Source: an uncultured Acidobacteriaceae bacterium
Lineage (GTDB): Bacteria; Acidobacteriota; Terriglobia; Terriglobales; Acidobacteriaceae
Assembly: GCA_964245435.1 (NCBI GenBank)
Contig: CAXTMF010000008.1
Location: 32,772 to 96,771 of the forward strand
DNA length: 64,000 bases
Direction of reading: 5' to 3'
The notes beneath the pieces were generated by a model. The model did not search any database. It saw only the letters and a program-made list of their open reading frames with translations, and was not told the origin of the DNA. Positions 9,824 through 19,901 of the stretch are shown in pieces. The position numbers and the translations under genes are program-made. Within the stretch, counting starts at the first letter, position 1. Every line of letters starts with the position of its first letter.

Positions 9824-10551
9824 TTTGCGTCACCGTTCCCATTCTTCTTGCCCACGCCATCTGCCGTTCGGTTGCCGAAGTAGCGATTGAGTCGTTCGCG
9901 CAGCTGCAAGCGAGCCCGCAGCAGCCTGGATTTGACCGCGGGTACGCTCAGGCCAAGCGTTTCCGCCGTTTCTTCCGTTGACAGACCCTCTACGTCCCGC
10001 AGAACAAAGACCACGCGAAAGCCGGGAGGCAGACCGTTGACCGTCTTTTTCAAGATCTCGGCGAGCTCCGACTGCCCGTACTGCTGTTCCGGACTCGGGC
10101 CCCAATCGGCCAGTTCCCGGGGCATCGAGCCTTCTTCTGTTTCCACATCCTCGTCGATCGAAACCATCTTGCCGGTGCGCCGCTTGCGCAACCGCATCAG
10201 ACTTTCGTTGACCGCGATACGCACCAGCCAGGTGTAGAACTTTGAATTCCCTTGGAACTGATTCAGCTTCTCGTACGCTTTGAGGAAGGCGTCCTGGACG
10301 ACATCCTCGGCGTCTTCACGGTTCTGCGTAATGTGCTGCGCGATGCGAAAAACCTGCCGGTCATACTGCTTCACCAGCGTTTCAAATGCATGCACATCTC
10401 CGGCTTTCGCCAGGTTGACCAGGCGGACGTCCGGGTGTTCTTCAATCGCCGGATCGACACTAACCACTGTGGCTGTTAACGCGGGCGGCGGCGGAATGCT
10501 GGATCCCGGACTGTTCCCGGGCTCTTCACTGCTTGATTGGATGGGAGGCAT
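9820..10551 (-). CDS. ECF (sigma-70 family group 4) RNA polymerase sigma factor
   Basis: Region 2 (DAEDVVQDAFLKAYEKL, FYTWLVRIAVNESL) and region 4 (LRDVEGLSTEETAETLGLSVPAVKSRLLRARLQL). I set the start at ATG 10551 (243 aa), because the 358-aa ORF start would overlap the divergent slt gene. A Ser/Pro-rich N-terminal extension of about 45 aa remains. Confidence 0.85.
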   Translation of the reverse strand: MPPIQSSSEEPGNSPGSSIPPPPALTATVVSVDPAIEEHPDVRLVNLAKAGDVHAFETLVKQYDRQVFRIAQHITQNREDAEDVVQDAFLKAYEKLNQFQGNSKFYTWLVRIAVNESLMRLRKRRTGKMVSIDEDVETEEGSMPRELADWGPSPEQQYGQSELAEILKKTVNGLPPGFRVVFVLRDVEGLSTEETAETLGLSVPAVKSRLLRARLQLRERLNRYFGNRTADGVGKKNGNGDAK

Positions 10552-10786
10552 CGATGTGAGTTTCAGCTTTTCGCGCCTTTCGCTTGATTGGGCAGCGGTG
10601 CCCGAGCCCTGCCTTTCCCATGCTATCGCGTTCCGGCTGCTGCCAAGTCCAAGAGGATAGTTCTGCTGTTGGCCGGACCGTGATGCGACGGGTACGTCTG
10701 GGTACGAAGGTCCGTACCGGGTGAGCTTTTCCTGAAGCGCAGTCCGAGCCGCTCGCTTACTCTCGACTGAGAGGATTCTCGATTTC

Positions 10787-13252
10787 GTGACCCCCACACG
10801 CAGCCTTACCCGCCGGCCCCCGCGAGCCGGGCAGAATGATTGGAAGGCTTGGTACTCCTTGCGCCACGCGCTTGTTCTTTTCGCGTTTGCTTTCACAACT
10901 TGCCTGTTGAATGCAGCACCGCTGAAGAAGGCCGCCCACCCGAAGCATGCAGGCGGAACAACGGCAAAGCACGGTGCGCGTATTACTGCCGCCAGCGCGC
11001 ATAGCCGCCATGCGGCAGGAGGGCGTGTTCACCGGGTGGTCGTAGTCAGGCGTCGCGGCCGGCACCGGGTTCTTTCCGCGCGAGAAGCCGTCAAGACGCA
11101 GCAGCTGGAGCACGCGTTTGTCGCCTCTACGCAGCTGCGGCCCATGGCCCAGCAGCTCGGCAACTATCGCAGCCCGGCCGCATACGCGGGCGTGGAAGTT
11201 TATGCGCACGCCCATACCGGCGCTGCCGCGGCTGCGGCCTACCTCGCGCTCGGCCACGCGTACCTGCTTGATCACCGCTACCCGGATGCGTTGGCTGCGC
11301 TGGCCAGCGCCGATGCGCAGGGCAACTCCCTCGATGACTATGCAGAGTACTTTGCAGCGCAGGCCGACCTGCAAAGCAGTCAGCTCCCGGCTGCAAGCGT
11401 CATCCTGACGAACTTCGCAGCGAAGTACCCGGACAGTATCTTCACGCCGCAGGTGCCCGTGCTGGAAGCAAATCTGCTGCTCCAACAGAACCAGCCCGCG
11501 GACGCGTTGCGTCTGCTGCATGCCCATACGGGCGAGAGTATGGCGAGCAAGCCCGATTTCCTCCTCGCGATGGCGAAGGCCGAGTCGCAGACCGGGGACA
11601 GTGCTGGCGGGCTGACGCTCTACCGGCGCATCCTCACAGAGCACCCACTGAGCCCGGAAGCAACAGTGGCACAGAACCAGCTGCAATCGACCGGGCAGTG
11701 GCTCGCGCTCAGCGTCAGTGAGCGGCGCCAGCATGCGGATGCCTTGTTCAACGGCGGCAAATCCAACGAGGCTGCGATCGAGTTTCGCGCACTTGCCTCT
11801 GACCCGAACCTGAACCAGAGCGAGCGCGATAGCCTGCTGCTCGGCGCAGCTGCCTGCGATATGAAGCTGAAGCGGCTTTCTGCTGCCTCGCTCGCCGGCA
11901 TCCCCGACACGGATGACGACAATGGGGCGCACAGGCTTTACCTGCTGATGGAGGTCGCGCGGTCCAACCAGGATCTTGCAACGCAGCAGGATCTGGTAAA
12001 CCAGCTCCGTACCCGCTTCCCGACCAACTCCTGGCTGGCCGAGGCGCTGTTCTCGAGCGGCAACCTGTACATGCTCAAACGGGATTACGCGTCGGCGGTG
12101 CCGTACTATCTCGAGCTCGCGCGGCGCTTCCCGCAGTCAAAAAACGCGGACAACGCCCACTGGCGCGCGGCGTGGCTCAGCTACCGGGAGCGCAACTTTC
12201 CCCAGGCCGAACAGCTGATGGATGAGCAGCTCACGAGCTTCCGCGATGGCAAGAACGTGTCCTCTGCGCTGTACTGGCGCGGCCGGCTCTACCTTGACCA
12301 GCAGCATGAGCCCGCGACGGCGGCGGCCTACTTCACAGCCGAGACACGCGTATACCAGCACTACTACTACGCCGCGATCGCGCGGCAGCGGCTGGACGCA
12401 CTCGGGCCCAATGTCACACCGTCCTCCATCCCGAGCCTCGACGCGTTGCAGCCGGAGCAGATTCCGACCCTGACCGAGGATGTACCTGGCAACGACCCGC
12501 ACCTCGCCAAAGCGCGGCTTCTCGCAAATGCCGGGCTTAACGACTATCTCTCGCAGGAGATCCATGCGTCGGAGGGTTCGGACGAGTGGGGATCGCTCGC
12601 CGAAGCCAAGCTCTACGCGAGCTTTGGCGAGGCGTATCGCGCGATGCGCTCGCTCAAACGGGCTATCCCCTTCTACACCTCGGCGCCCATCGACGAGCTG
12701 CCCATGGATTACTGGCGCATTCTCTTCCCTGAGGAGTACTGGCCCACGATCCAGCGCGAGGCGGCTGCGAATGGTCTCGATCCTTACATGGTCGCCTCAC
12801 TCATCCGGCAGGAATCCGAATTCAATCCGCGCGTGATCTCATACGCAAATGCCTACGGCTTGATGCAGTTGGAACCGGCAACCGGGCGTCAAATGGCCCA
12901 GAAGACGGGCTATAGCTCCCACTTGGACGTCAATGCACTACTCGATCCGGAGATCAACATCAAGCTGGGTTGCGCTTACCTAAGGCAGACGCTCGACCGC
13001 TTCGGTGGCCAGCAGGAGTACACCTTCGCCTCCTACAACGCAGGCGAGTCGCGTGTCGATGACTGGAAAGCTGCAGGTGACTACACCGGCATCGATGAGT
13101 GGGTCGAATCGATTCCTTTTGAGCAGACACGCGACTATGTGCAGGCACTCATGCGCAATGAGGAGATCTACCGCGAGCTGGACAAAGCAGCGAAGACGCA
13201 CTCGGAGATCGAGACGGCTGCGCAGGCCGGGGCCACCGGTTCGGATAACTAG
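10787..13252 (+). CDS. slt: Soluble lytic murein transglycosylase (Slt70-like)
   Basis: 821 aa with an N-terminal hydrophobic segment, a long helical/TPR-like domain, and a C-terminal SLT catalytic domain (LIRQESEFNPRVISYANAYGLMQLEPATG...YNAGESRV). GTG start. Confidence 0.85.
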   Translation: MTPTRSLTRRPPRAGQNDWKAWYSLRHALVLFAFAFTTCLLNAAPLKKAAHPKHAGGTTAKHGARITAASAHSRHAAGGRVHRVVVVRRRGRHRVLSAREAVKTQQLEHAFVASTQLRPMAQQLGNYRSPAAYAGVEVYAHAHTGAAAAAAYLALGHAYLLDHRYPDALAALASADAQGNSLDDYAEYFAAQADLQSSQLPAASVILTNFAAKYPDSIFTPQVPVLEANLLLQQNQPADALRLLHAHTGESMASKPDFLLAMAKAESQTGDSAGGLTLYRRILTEHPLSPEATVAQNQLQSTGQWLALSVSERRQHADALFNGGKSNEAAIEFRALASDPNLNQSERDSLLLGAAACDMKLKRLSAASLAGIPDTDDDNGAHRLYLLMEVARSNQDLATQQDLVNQLRTRFPTNSWLAEALFSSGNLYMLKRDYASAVPYYLELARRFPQSKNADNAHWRAAWLSYRERNFPQAEQLMDEQLTSFRDGKNVSSALYWRGRLYLDQQHEPATAAAYFTAETRVYQHYYYAAIARQRLDALGPNVTPSSIPSLDALQPEQIPTLTEDVPGNDPHLAKARLLANAGLNDYLSQEIHASEGSDEWGSLAEAKLYASFGEAYRAMRSLKRAIPFYTSAPIDELPMDYWRILFPEEYWPTIQREAAANGLDPYMVASLIRQESEFNPRVISYANAYGLMQLEPATGRQMAQKTGYSSHLDVNALLDPEINIKLGCAYLRQTLDRFGGQQEYTFASYNAGESRVDDWKAAGDYTGIDEWVESIPFEQTRDYVQALMRNEEIYRELDKAAKTHSEIETAAQAGATGSDN

Positions 13253-13344
13253 AACCAAACCTTGGGTGTGCTATCCCAGCTCACACCAAGCCATGCGGAG
13301 CAGAGCGCATCGCGCTCACAACCGGATCGGCTAGGATCACCGGT

Positions 13345-14145
13345 ATGTGTGCCCTAAGGAAAGCCGCGCCACTCGCCAGTCCGGCTGCCAGGCCAAAGTT
13401 GGCGGCCAGAAAAGGTGTCAGGCCGCGTGTCGCCATCGCCGTTGACCCTTCCATCCTGCAGCAGAAACCAGACCCGCCCAGCCCGCGGCCGCGTCGTGAC
13501 CTGGCACCGGAGCGCATCGCCGATCTTCTCGATCGGCTGGCAAAGGCGCAACCCAATGCCGAGTGCGCGCTCATGCACCGCAATGCTTGGGAGCTGCTGG
13601 TGGCGACGATTCTTTCAGCGCAGTGCACCGATAAGCGCGTTAATCTGGTGACACCGGATCTCTTCCGCGCTTTCCCGACTCCGCAGGCCATGGCGCAGGG
13701 GTCGCTCCCGGAGCTCCAGGAGCTCGTGCGGACGACAGGCTTTTTCCGCGCGAAAGCCAAGTCCATCCAGGGCGCAGGCAAGGCGGTTACGGAGCGCTTT
13801 GGCGGCGAGGTACCGCGAACGCTGGAGGAGCTCATCACGGTTCCCGGCGCAGCGCGCAAGACCGCGAACGTGGTGCTGGGTGTGGCCTATGGGCTGGCTG
13901 AAGGGGTGGTCGTCGATACCCATGTGCAGCGGCTTTCCAGACGCCTCGGACTGAGTAAGCACGCGGACCCGAAAAAGATAGAGAAGGACCTCATGCGGAT
14001 TGTCCCGCGCGAGCGCTGGATTGCTTTCTCGCACGAGCTCATCCTGCATGGCCGCTCGGTATGCGTAGCGCGCAAACCCCGTTGCGCGGAGTGCCCGCTC
14101 GAGACGACCTGCTGGGCGCCGGACAAGACTTGGCGCAGCCATTAA
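13345..14145 (+). CDS. nth: Endonuclease III (DNA glycosylase/AP lyase)
   Basis: HhH motif (ITVPGAARKTANVVLG) and C-terminal 4Fe-4S loop C-x6-C-x2-C-x5-C (CVARKPRCAECPLETTC). The N-terminal ~50 aa is unusual and the start is uncertain. Confidence 0.85.
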   Translation: MCALRKAAPLASPAARPKLAARKGVRPRVAIAVDPSILQQKPDPPSPRPRRDLAPERIADLLDRLAKAQPNAECALMHRNAWELLVATILSAQCTDKRVNLVTPDLFRAFPTPQAMAQGSLPELQELVRTTGFFRAKAKSIQGAGKAVTERFGGEVPRTLEELITVPGAARKTANVVLGVAYGLAEGVVVDTHVQRLSRRLGLSKHADPKKIEKDLMRIVPRERWIAFSHELILHGRSVCVARKPRCAECPLETTCWAPDKTWRSH

Positions 14146-14228
14146 GGCTGCCACTGCGTTCCGTTGTGAGATCCACGCATTAGAACACGGCGGACGCGTG
14201 CAGGGCGTTTGTCCGGCGCCTCGCACGC

Positions 14229-15227
14229 CTATGCGGCCGGGCGCCCCGCTTCCACGACAAAGTCCGCCGGGAGGCAGACCTCAACGCCCGGCAACACGGA
14301 TGGTGCCAGGGTTTTTAGCAGCAACGTCGCGGCTCCGGCCTGGGGCAGCTCCCCCAGCAGCTGCTGCACCGCAGCTTCCCAGTGCAGCGCGGATTTCCGG
14401 ATCAGGTACTCGCGCACCTGAGGCCGTTGCAGCTCGCCGTAAACAGCAGTCTTGGCGCAGCGTTGCAGCACAACGCCTGCGATGCCGGAGGGCAGCAGCG
14501 GCAGAGCATCGAGCACAGGCAGTGTGCATAGGTTCGCGCCAAGATCGCGCGAAAGGTCCTTTCCCGCGACCGGCTCTGCCCCGTACAGGTCAAGCACATC
14601 GTCTGCGTACTGGAACGCGAGGCCAAGATCACGTCCGCAATCGTGCAGTCGAGAGGCAGCAGCGACATCGCCCGAGAGCAGCGCGGCCGCGCTCGTCGCG
14701 AGGCCAAAGAGCTCACCCGTCTTGCCGATCGAGACGGCCAGCGCGTGCGCACGCAGAGCCGGCTCGTTTCTCGACGAGCCACCTGTCAGTTCGCGAGCCT
14801 CTCCGGCCATCATGCGTTGTGCACACGTACTCAGTGCCTCGCCGAAGGCAAAGCTGCACCGGTAAGCACCGCGGATCGCCTCGGTCAACATCCAGTCGGA
14901 GGCAAGCGTCGCCAGCCGTGGGTCGAATGCATGGTGGGCGGCCGCGCGGCCGCGCCGGGTGCTGCTCCGATCAAAGATGTCGTCCTGCACGAGCGTGGCA
15001 GCATGCAGCAGTTCTACAACGGCCGCGGTCTGGGTCAGCCTGCCGGCCATTGTCGCTAGACCCTCGCCGGCCGCGATAAGCAGCAGCCCGCGCACTCGCT
15101 TGCCACCCTGCACTGTATAGCGGACCACGGCCCGCAGCGGCTCCCGCGCCCGTGCGGCTAGCGCTTGCAGCTCGGCTCCAATCGCGTCAGATTGCACGGG
15201 ATGGACCCCCTGTCCTGTCACTCGCAT
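14229..15227 (-). CDS. crtE: Polyprenyl (geranylgeranyl) diphosphate synthase
   Basis: First and second Asp-rich motifs (LVQDDIFD, FQYADDVLD). It is the last gene of the opsin/crt operon, so the GGPP synthase role is inferred from context. An alternative GTG start lies at 15197. Confidence 0.8.
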   Translation of the reverse strand: MRVTGQGVHPVQSDAIGAELQALAARAREPLRAVVRYTVQGGKRVRGLLLIAAGEGLATMAGRLTQTAAVVELLHAATLVQDDIFDRSSTRRGRAAAHHAFDPRLATLASDWMLTEAIRGAYRCSFAFGEALSTCAQRMMAGEARELTGGSSRNEPALRAHALAVSIGKTGELFGLATSAAALLSGDVAAASRLHDCGRDLGLAFQYADDVLDLYGAEPVAGKDLSRDLGANLCTLPVLDALPLLPSGIAGVVLQRCAKTAVYGELQRPQVREYLIRKSALHWEAAVQQLLGELPQAGAATLLLKTLAPSVLPGVEVCLPADFVVEAGRPAA

Positions 15228-16206
15228 GTGATAACTTCGGCCCTGCTGCTGTCGCTCGCCCTAGTTCGTTCAGTGCCATGTGCGGCACAGTGAGCGCACT
15301 CAGTACGATGAAGATTTCGGCCTGATAAGCAATAGCCTCATGCCGCCCCCAGAGCAATATGCCCGCGGTAAGACACAGCGCAAGCACCCAGGGCAGGAAG
15401 CCGGCTTTTAAGTTGCGGGCAAGCTTTCCCGCCAGGGTCTCGCCTGCTCCCTCGGGCAGGCTGGTCGTGACCAGGTGCTCCGGTGTATGCCAGCAGCAGA
15501 AGAACACAGTAAAGGCAAGCAGCGGGTCTGCAAAGCAGAAGAGTGCGAGCTCGATGGCAAGCACGCCCAGCAGCTCAACCTGCATACCGCGAGCTACGCC
15601 AAACTTTCCGGCGAGAATGCCCGCGGCAGCCACGGCGGCGACCGGCCAGCAGCTGGCGCCGAGCGAACCCGCAAGAGCCGCGGCCAGCCCCTGCGTGTTC
15701 CCTTCCCCGTGCAGCATTTGCGCGAAGATTGCTGCTGCCTCGCCGGAATGCCAGTGGCACGCCGCCACGATCGGCACCGCGCCAAGCGCAACTGCAGCGA
15801 TGCTGGCGAGCGGTGTCGGCGTCCAGATCTCGGGTTCGGTGCCGAAGTGCCATGCCGAGTACAGGAGAAAGAGCAGGAGAGACGCGAGCGGCGCGAGCAG
15901 CCAACCGAGCAGCGTAAACGCAGCCAAAAGAGCGTAACTGCCCAGAAATACAAGCGGCCAGCGCGGCCCGATGCGTGATAGCAGCTGCTCCGCCTGCACC
16001 TGGTCGTAAGCGCCATGCCACATCGCTACAGCAATAGCCGCGATGGCGAGTGCCACAACGGCGGGCCCGTGTAGAGCGCCCAGGATCGATGCCACGCAGC
16101 ACGCAGCGGCCGCTGCGCCGAACAGAATCAAGCGCTGCGGCAGCAGAACCGAGCGGGCCGACGCGTAGCTGGCGGCGGGTGCGATGGAAACGGAAGCAGT
16201 GCTCAC
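15187..16206 (-). CDS. blh: Brp/Blh-family beta-carotene 15,15'-dioxygenase (retinal-forming)
   Basis: 339 aa, about 8 TM, with the four conserved His blocks of the Brp/Blh family (WHGAYD, WHFGTE, CWHTPEHL, VPHMAL). It sits between crtY and crtE downstream of an opsin. Confidence 0.75.
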   Translation of the reverse strand: MSTASVSIAPAASYASARSVLLPQRLILFGAAAAACCVASILGALHGPAVVALAIAAIAVAMWHGAYDQVQAEQLLSRIGPRWPLVFLGSYALLAAFTLLGWLLAPLASLLLFLLYSAWHFGTEPEIWTPTPLASIAAVALGAVPIVAACHWHSGEAAAIFAQMLHGEGNTQGLAAALAGSLGASCWPVAAVAAAGILAGKFGVARGMQVELLGVLAIELALFCFADPLLAFTVFFCCWHTPEHLVTTSLPEGAGETLAGKLARNLKAGFLPWVLALCLTAGILLWGRHEAIAYQAEIFIVLSALTVPHMALNELGRATAAGPKLSHASDRTGGPSRAI

Positions 16207-17387
16207 CGGCCAGCTCCAGAGTTCGCTGGTTGCATCATCGCTGCTCGCACTGCGCCAAGGCCGGCCATCACAGCTGCGTGCGCCATGGGGAGCTTCGGCA
16301 AGGACCAGGCGACACGCAACATCTCCGCGGGACGGCTTCGCTCGCCTAGGAAGCGGACCAGCTCATCCGGCCGCGTCCGCGCGAACATGCGCAGGAAGAG
16401 CGTGGCTGCCACTGCTGGCGAGCGTCGCACTGCACGGAGGAAGATGACATCGAGCGTCTTGTAAATCTGCGGCTCCGCCCGGCTGGGTATCGGGCGGCCC
16501 GCCAGCAATGCTTCAGCAATTGCGCGGCTGTGCCGCTGGATACGCAGAAAGGCATAACCGGAGGAAGGCTTGATGCGGGCTCCCCGCGTACCGATAAGGT
16601 GCACGTTGCTGAGCCCGGGTTGGCAAGGTGCGCCGGCATGCATCGGCAGCGAGCCATTCTCTGTGTACAGCAGCTCCCAGTCGCGTGAACGTTCTTCCAT
16701 CCAGGCATGGAGATCGCGATGGTAGGGCGGTTCCGGCAGGCTGGGATCATCCAGGTAGGTCATCTCCACCAGTGCCTCTGTCGTCGAGAAGGGGAGCACG
16801 TAGACAAAACGCACTCGACCGGGCTCATCCGCGGGGAGCAGACCCATCAGGTCCACAGTTTCCGCGTCAAAGCAGGGCTCGGCGGTGCGGACGCGCCAGC
16901 CAACAAATCGCTGCACGAGCGCAGGCGGCACAGCGGAGTTTCCGGGATCAGGCCGGCCGTCAAAGACCCTCTTTGCCAGCAGACGTCCGTTGCTTGTTTC
17001 GATCGCCATAAGCCCGCCCGGGTGCGAAGCCACTAAGTGGACCGTGACGCCGCGGCATAGCGTTTGCGCAGGTTGGCGCTCTACGCGGTCAATGGCCGCG
17101 CGGTAGAAATCATCACCGGCTATGTGGCAATAACGATAGCGATGACTCTGCTGCATTACCGTAGTCCGGCCATGACTGACGCGCCAGCTGCTCCACGAGT
17201 GGGAGATCTCCGAACTGAACGGGTGCTCCTCGCTGTTCCAGAAGCACCAGGTACGGTCGCGCACATAGCTGGTACGCGGCTCAAGGAGCAGAACCTCGCC
17301 TGGAACCCGATGATCGGAAAGTGCCGCAGCGAGGCTCAGCCCTGCACACCCCGCGCCGAGGATAGCTAGATCGACGTCGCTCCTCAT
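16203..17387 (-). CDS. crtY: Lycopene beta-cyclase (CrtY type)
   Basis: N-terminal FAD fold DLAILGAGCAGLSLA, 394 aa, positioned between crtB and blh. Confidence 0.8.
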   Translation of the reverse strand: MRSDVDLAILGAGCAGLSLAAALSDHRVPGEVLLLEPRTSYVRDRTWCFWNSEEHPFSSEISHSWSSWRVSHGRTTVMQQSHRYRYCHIAGDDFYRAAIDRVERQPAQTLCRGVTVHLVASHPGGLMAIETSNGRLLAKRVFDGRPDPGNSAVPPALVQRFVGWRVRTAEPCFDAETVDLMGLLPADEPGRVRFVYVLPFSTTEALVEMTYLDDPSLPEPPYHRDLHAWMEERSRDWELLYTENGSLPMHAGAPCQPGLSNVHLIGTRGARIKPSSGYAFLRIQRHSRAIAEALLAGRPIPSRAEPQIYKTLDVIFLRAVRRSPAVAATLFLRMFARTRPDELVRFLGERSRPAEMLRVAWSLPKLPMAHAAVMAGLGAVRAAMMQPANSGAGR

Positions 17388-18274
17388 GGCTTGCTCCCGA
17401 GCCGGGTGAGGAGGTCGCGCCGCGCACTAGCCTGCGTCCGGCTGTTCTCAAGAGATTGCAGGAGTGCAGAGAGCAAGAGCTGCGCCTTCCGGCTACGCGC
17501 CACCACGGCTCGCTTGCGCCAGGAAAGCGGTATATCTCGTCCAACGACGATGCCGATCTCGCGATAGCAGGCCGCGGCTGCCAGGATGCTGACGCGGGCT
17601 CGCCAGGGCAGGTACTGCATACCGCTGTGCCCGCTCCGGTAGTAGCGTTCTGCGAGCTCAAGAAGCCGGCTGGTTGCACGCTCCAGCTCGGCTGAGCGAC
17701 CGCCGCTCACGATAGCCGCTTCTACGGCCTTGGGCGCCACCCAGGCTGCGGGCAGGTAAATGCGGTCGCGGCCGAGATCCTCGGCAACATCGCGAGCGAT
17801 GTTGGTCAGCTGCATGGCAATGCCAAGATCCGTCGCTGCCTGCGCTGCCTCGGGCGGCGCGCCCAGGATGCGGCACATCATGATCCCGACCGTGCCGGCG
17901 ACGCCGAAGGCGTACTCAGTGAGTTCCCGCTCAGTGCCAATGCGTTGGGGGCCAACATCGGCGGCGAGCGACTGAGTAAGCCGCAGCGCGACCCGGCTCA
18001 ACCCGGCAAAGCGCGCCTCCAGATCCACGGGCCAGCCACACGCAACTGCTTCTTCGCCGAGCGGGTCCTCATCGAGCGCCCGAATGGCCCGCTGCAGCAT
18101 CTCCGGCCCCCTGGCGCGAACGCTTGGCTCCTGCTCATCGGCCAGGTCATCCATATGGCGGCAAAATGCATACAGTTCCGCAGCGTCCTCGCGCATGCGT
18201 AGCGGCAGCAGCCGCGAAGCCAAGTGGAAGGTTCGACCGGACCTCGCCATGACAGCCTCTACGCCAGCGCTCAC
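17384..18274 (-). CDS. crtB: Phytoene synthase
   Basis: Squalene/phytoene synthase family with Asp-rich motifs (FCRHMDDLADE, NIARDVAEDLGRDRIYLP). Confidence 0.9.
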   Translation of the reverse strand: MSAGVEAVMARSGRTFHLASRLLPLRMREDAAELYAFCRHMDDLADEQEPSVRARGPEMLQRAIRALDEDPLGEEAVACGWPVDLEARFAGLSRVALRLTQSLAADVGPQRIGTERELTEYAFGVAGTVGIMMCRILGAPPEAAQAATDLGIAMQLTNIARDVAEDLGRDRIYLPAAWVAPKAVEAAIVSGGRSAELERATSRLLELAERYYRSGHSGMQYLPWRARVSILAAAACYREIGIVVGRDIPLSWRKRAVVARSRKAQLLLSALLQSLENSRTQASARRDLLTRLGSKP

Positions 18275-19854
18275 GCAGCACCTCGTCCGGCGCCGGGGGA
18301 CGCAACGAAGTTCCCGCGAGAAGCTGCACCAGCGCGCATCTCGTCAAAGTAGTGCTCGAGCACCTTTGCCGAGCAGAGTACGCCAGGCAAACCAGCTCCA
18401 GGATGCGTACCCGCGCCAACTAGGTAGAGTCCCCGCACATCTTCCGAGCGGTTGTGGAAGCGAAACCAGGCCGACTGCAACAGCGTGGGTTGAATGGAAA
18501 AGCCAGTGCCGTGCTCGGTCCGTAGCTGATCGCGGAAATGCTCAGGCGTGACGTGGAACTGGACCTCGACGTGTTCACGGAGCCCTGGGCAGAGCGAGTC
18601 CTCAAGCACCTGCATCGTGTGCGCTGCGAGCTTTGGGCCGGCTACTGCCCAGTCGATAGCGCGGTCCGGACGCAGCACCTCCAGATTTGGTACCGGAACA
18701 AGCGCATACATGCTCTCGCAACCGGACGGGGCGAGTGACGGGTCGGTACGTGTCGGCGCATGCAGGTAGAGGCTGATGTCATGTGAAAGCAATTTATGAT
18801 CGAAAATCTCCTCGAGCAATTCCTTGTACCGACGACCCAGCAGAATCGTATGGTGCGCGAGCGACGGGTACCGCTTGCGTATACCGAGATAGAGCACGAA
18901 GAGGCCCATCGAGAACTTTTTCCGGCGAATGTTCGCGTCCGTCCACTTACGACGCCACTTGGGCGCGATCAGGTGGCGGTAGACCGAGGGCGCATCGGCA
19001 TTCGCGACCACACAATCCGCCTGCACGACCTCGCCGTTCTCGAGCGCAACACCCACAGCGCGGCCGGTCACGGCGCTCTTCCTGGCTTGGCTGCCGTTCT
19101 CCTGCTCCACGAGGATTTCGCGCACTCCACAGCCAAGGTGTAAGTGGACACCGACCTGCTGCATCAGGTGCACCATCGCCTGTACAAGCGCCGCCGTGCC
19201 GCCCATGGCGAAGCTCACGCCGTCTTTGCGTTCAAGGTGCTGGATGAGCGAATAGATCGATGTTGTATGGAACGGATTTCCGCCCACCAAGAGAGGCTGA
19301 AATGAAAAAACGCGGCGCAGTGCTTCGTCTCGAATGTACTGGCTTACAAAGCTGTACACCGAGCGGTCACTACGGAGCGCTAGCATCTGCGGCAAAACCG
19401 CCAGCATCTTTCCGGCAGAGTGGAATGGCACTGCTCCAAGCTGTTCAAAGCCGACGCGGTAGATGGACTCGACCTTCCGGAGCAGCCTCTTATAGCCATC
19501 CACGTCCCCCGGGGCAAATGCGTGCACTCGTTCAACCAGTTCATGGTCCGTACCCCCATAGTCAAATGATCGCCCATCGGCGAAGCGGATGCGGTACCAG
19601 GGGGAGAGCTCCCGGAATTCAACTGCTTCACTGCGAAGAAGGCCGAACAGTTCCCAGAGCTCGTCAAAGAGAAAAGGCGCAGTAATTACGGTAGGGCCGG
19701 CGTCAAACGTGTAGCCGGCGCGACGGTATACGCCGGCCCGGCCTCCGGCCTGAGCCTGGTTATCGAAGAGATTTACAGAAAAGCCAGCCGCCCGTAGACG
19801 CAGGGCGGCAGCCATGCCGCCGAATCCCGCCCCGATCACAACTGCACTCGGCAT
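18271..19854 (-). CDS. crtI: Phytoene desaturase (bacterial CrtI type)
   Basis: N-terminal VVIGAGFGGMAAALRL FAD fold, 527 aa, C-terminal GAGTHPGAGLPGV signature. Confidence 0.9.
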   Translation of the reverse strand: MPSAVVIGAGFGGMAAALRLRAAGFSVNLFDNQAQAGGRAGVYRRAGYTFDAGPTVITAPFLFDELWELFGLLRSEAVEFRELSPWYRIRFADGRSFDYGGTDHELVERVHAFAPGDVDGYKRLLRKVESIYRVGFEQLGAVPFHSAGKMLAVLPQMLALRSDRSVYSFVSQYIRDEALRRVFSFQPLLVGGNPFHTTSIYSLIQHLERKDGVSFAMGGTAALVQAMVHLMQQVGVHLHLGCGVREILVEQENGSQARKSAVTGRAVGVALENGEVVQADCVVANADAPSVYRHLIAPKWRRKWTDANIRRKKFSMGLFVLYLGIRKRYPSLAHHTILLGRRYKELLEEIFDHKLLSHDISLYLHAPTRTDPSLAPSGCESMYALVPVPNLEVLRPDRAIDWAVAGPKLAAHTMQVLEDSLCPGLREHVEVQFHVTPEHFRDQLRTEHGTGFSIQPTLLQSAWFRFHNRSEDVRGLYLVGAGTHPGAGLPGVLCSAKVLEHYFDEMRAGAASRGNFVASPGAGRGAA

Positions 19855-19861
19855 AAAGAAT

Positions 19862-19901
19862 CCCAGAGAAAAGGGGCATCCGCAATGATGCGACCGCCCC
19901 T
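19862..19901 (-). terminator. Terminator/attenuator-like hairpin between the opsin gene and crtI
   Basis: The minus-strand RNA reads AGGGGC-GGU-CGCA-UCAU-UGCG-GAU-GCCCCU. This gives a 6-bp GC clamp (19872-19877 with 19896-19901) plus a 4-bp inner stem, followed by UUUCUCU. The element ends 7 nt before the crtI ATG. Confidence 0.35.

Noticed and set aside
9820-10896. Long 5' extensions of the ORFs for the ECF sigma (to 10896), blaI (to 57938), the SDR (from 23331) and mop (to 1383)
   Set aside because: The extensions are Arg/Ser/Pro-rich and lie outside the conserved domains. Some overlap divergent genes. Internal ATG or GTG starts give proteins of canonical length.
10757-11932. 391-aa ORF on the minus strand
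   Set aside because: It is entirely antisense to the well-supported slt gene. The composition is Arg/Gly/Ala/Leu-rich with no motifs, a typical shadow ORF of GC-rich DNA.
14198-15079. 293-aa ORF on the plus strand across crtE
   Set aside because: It is an extremely Arg/Pro/Ala/Ser-rich antisense shadow of crtE, which has clear Asp-rich prenyl-synthase motifs on the other strand.
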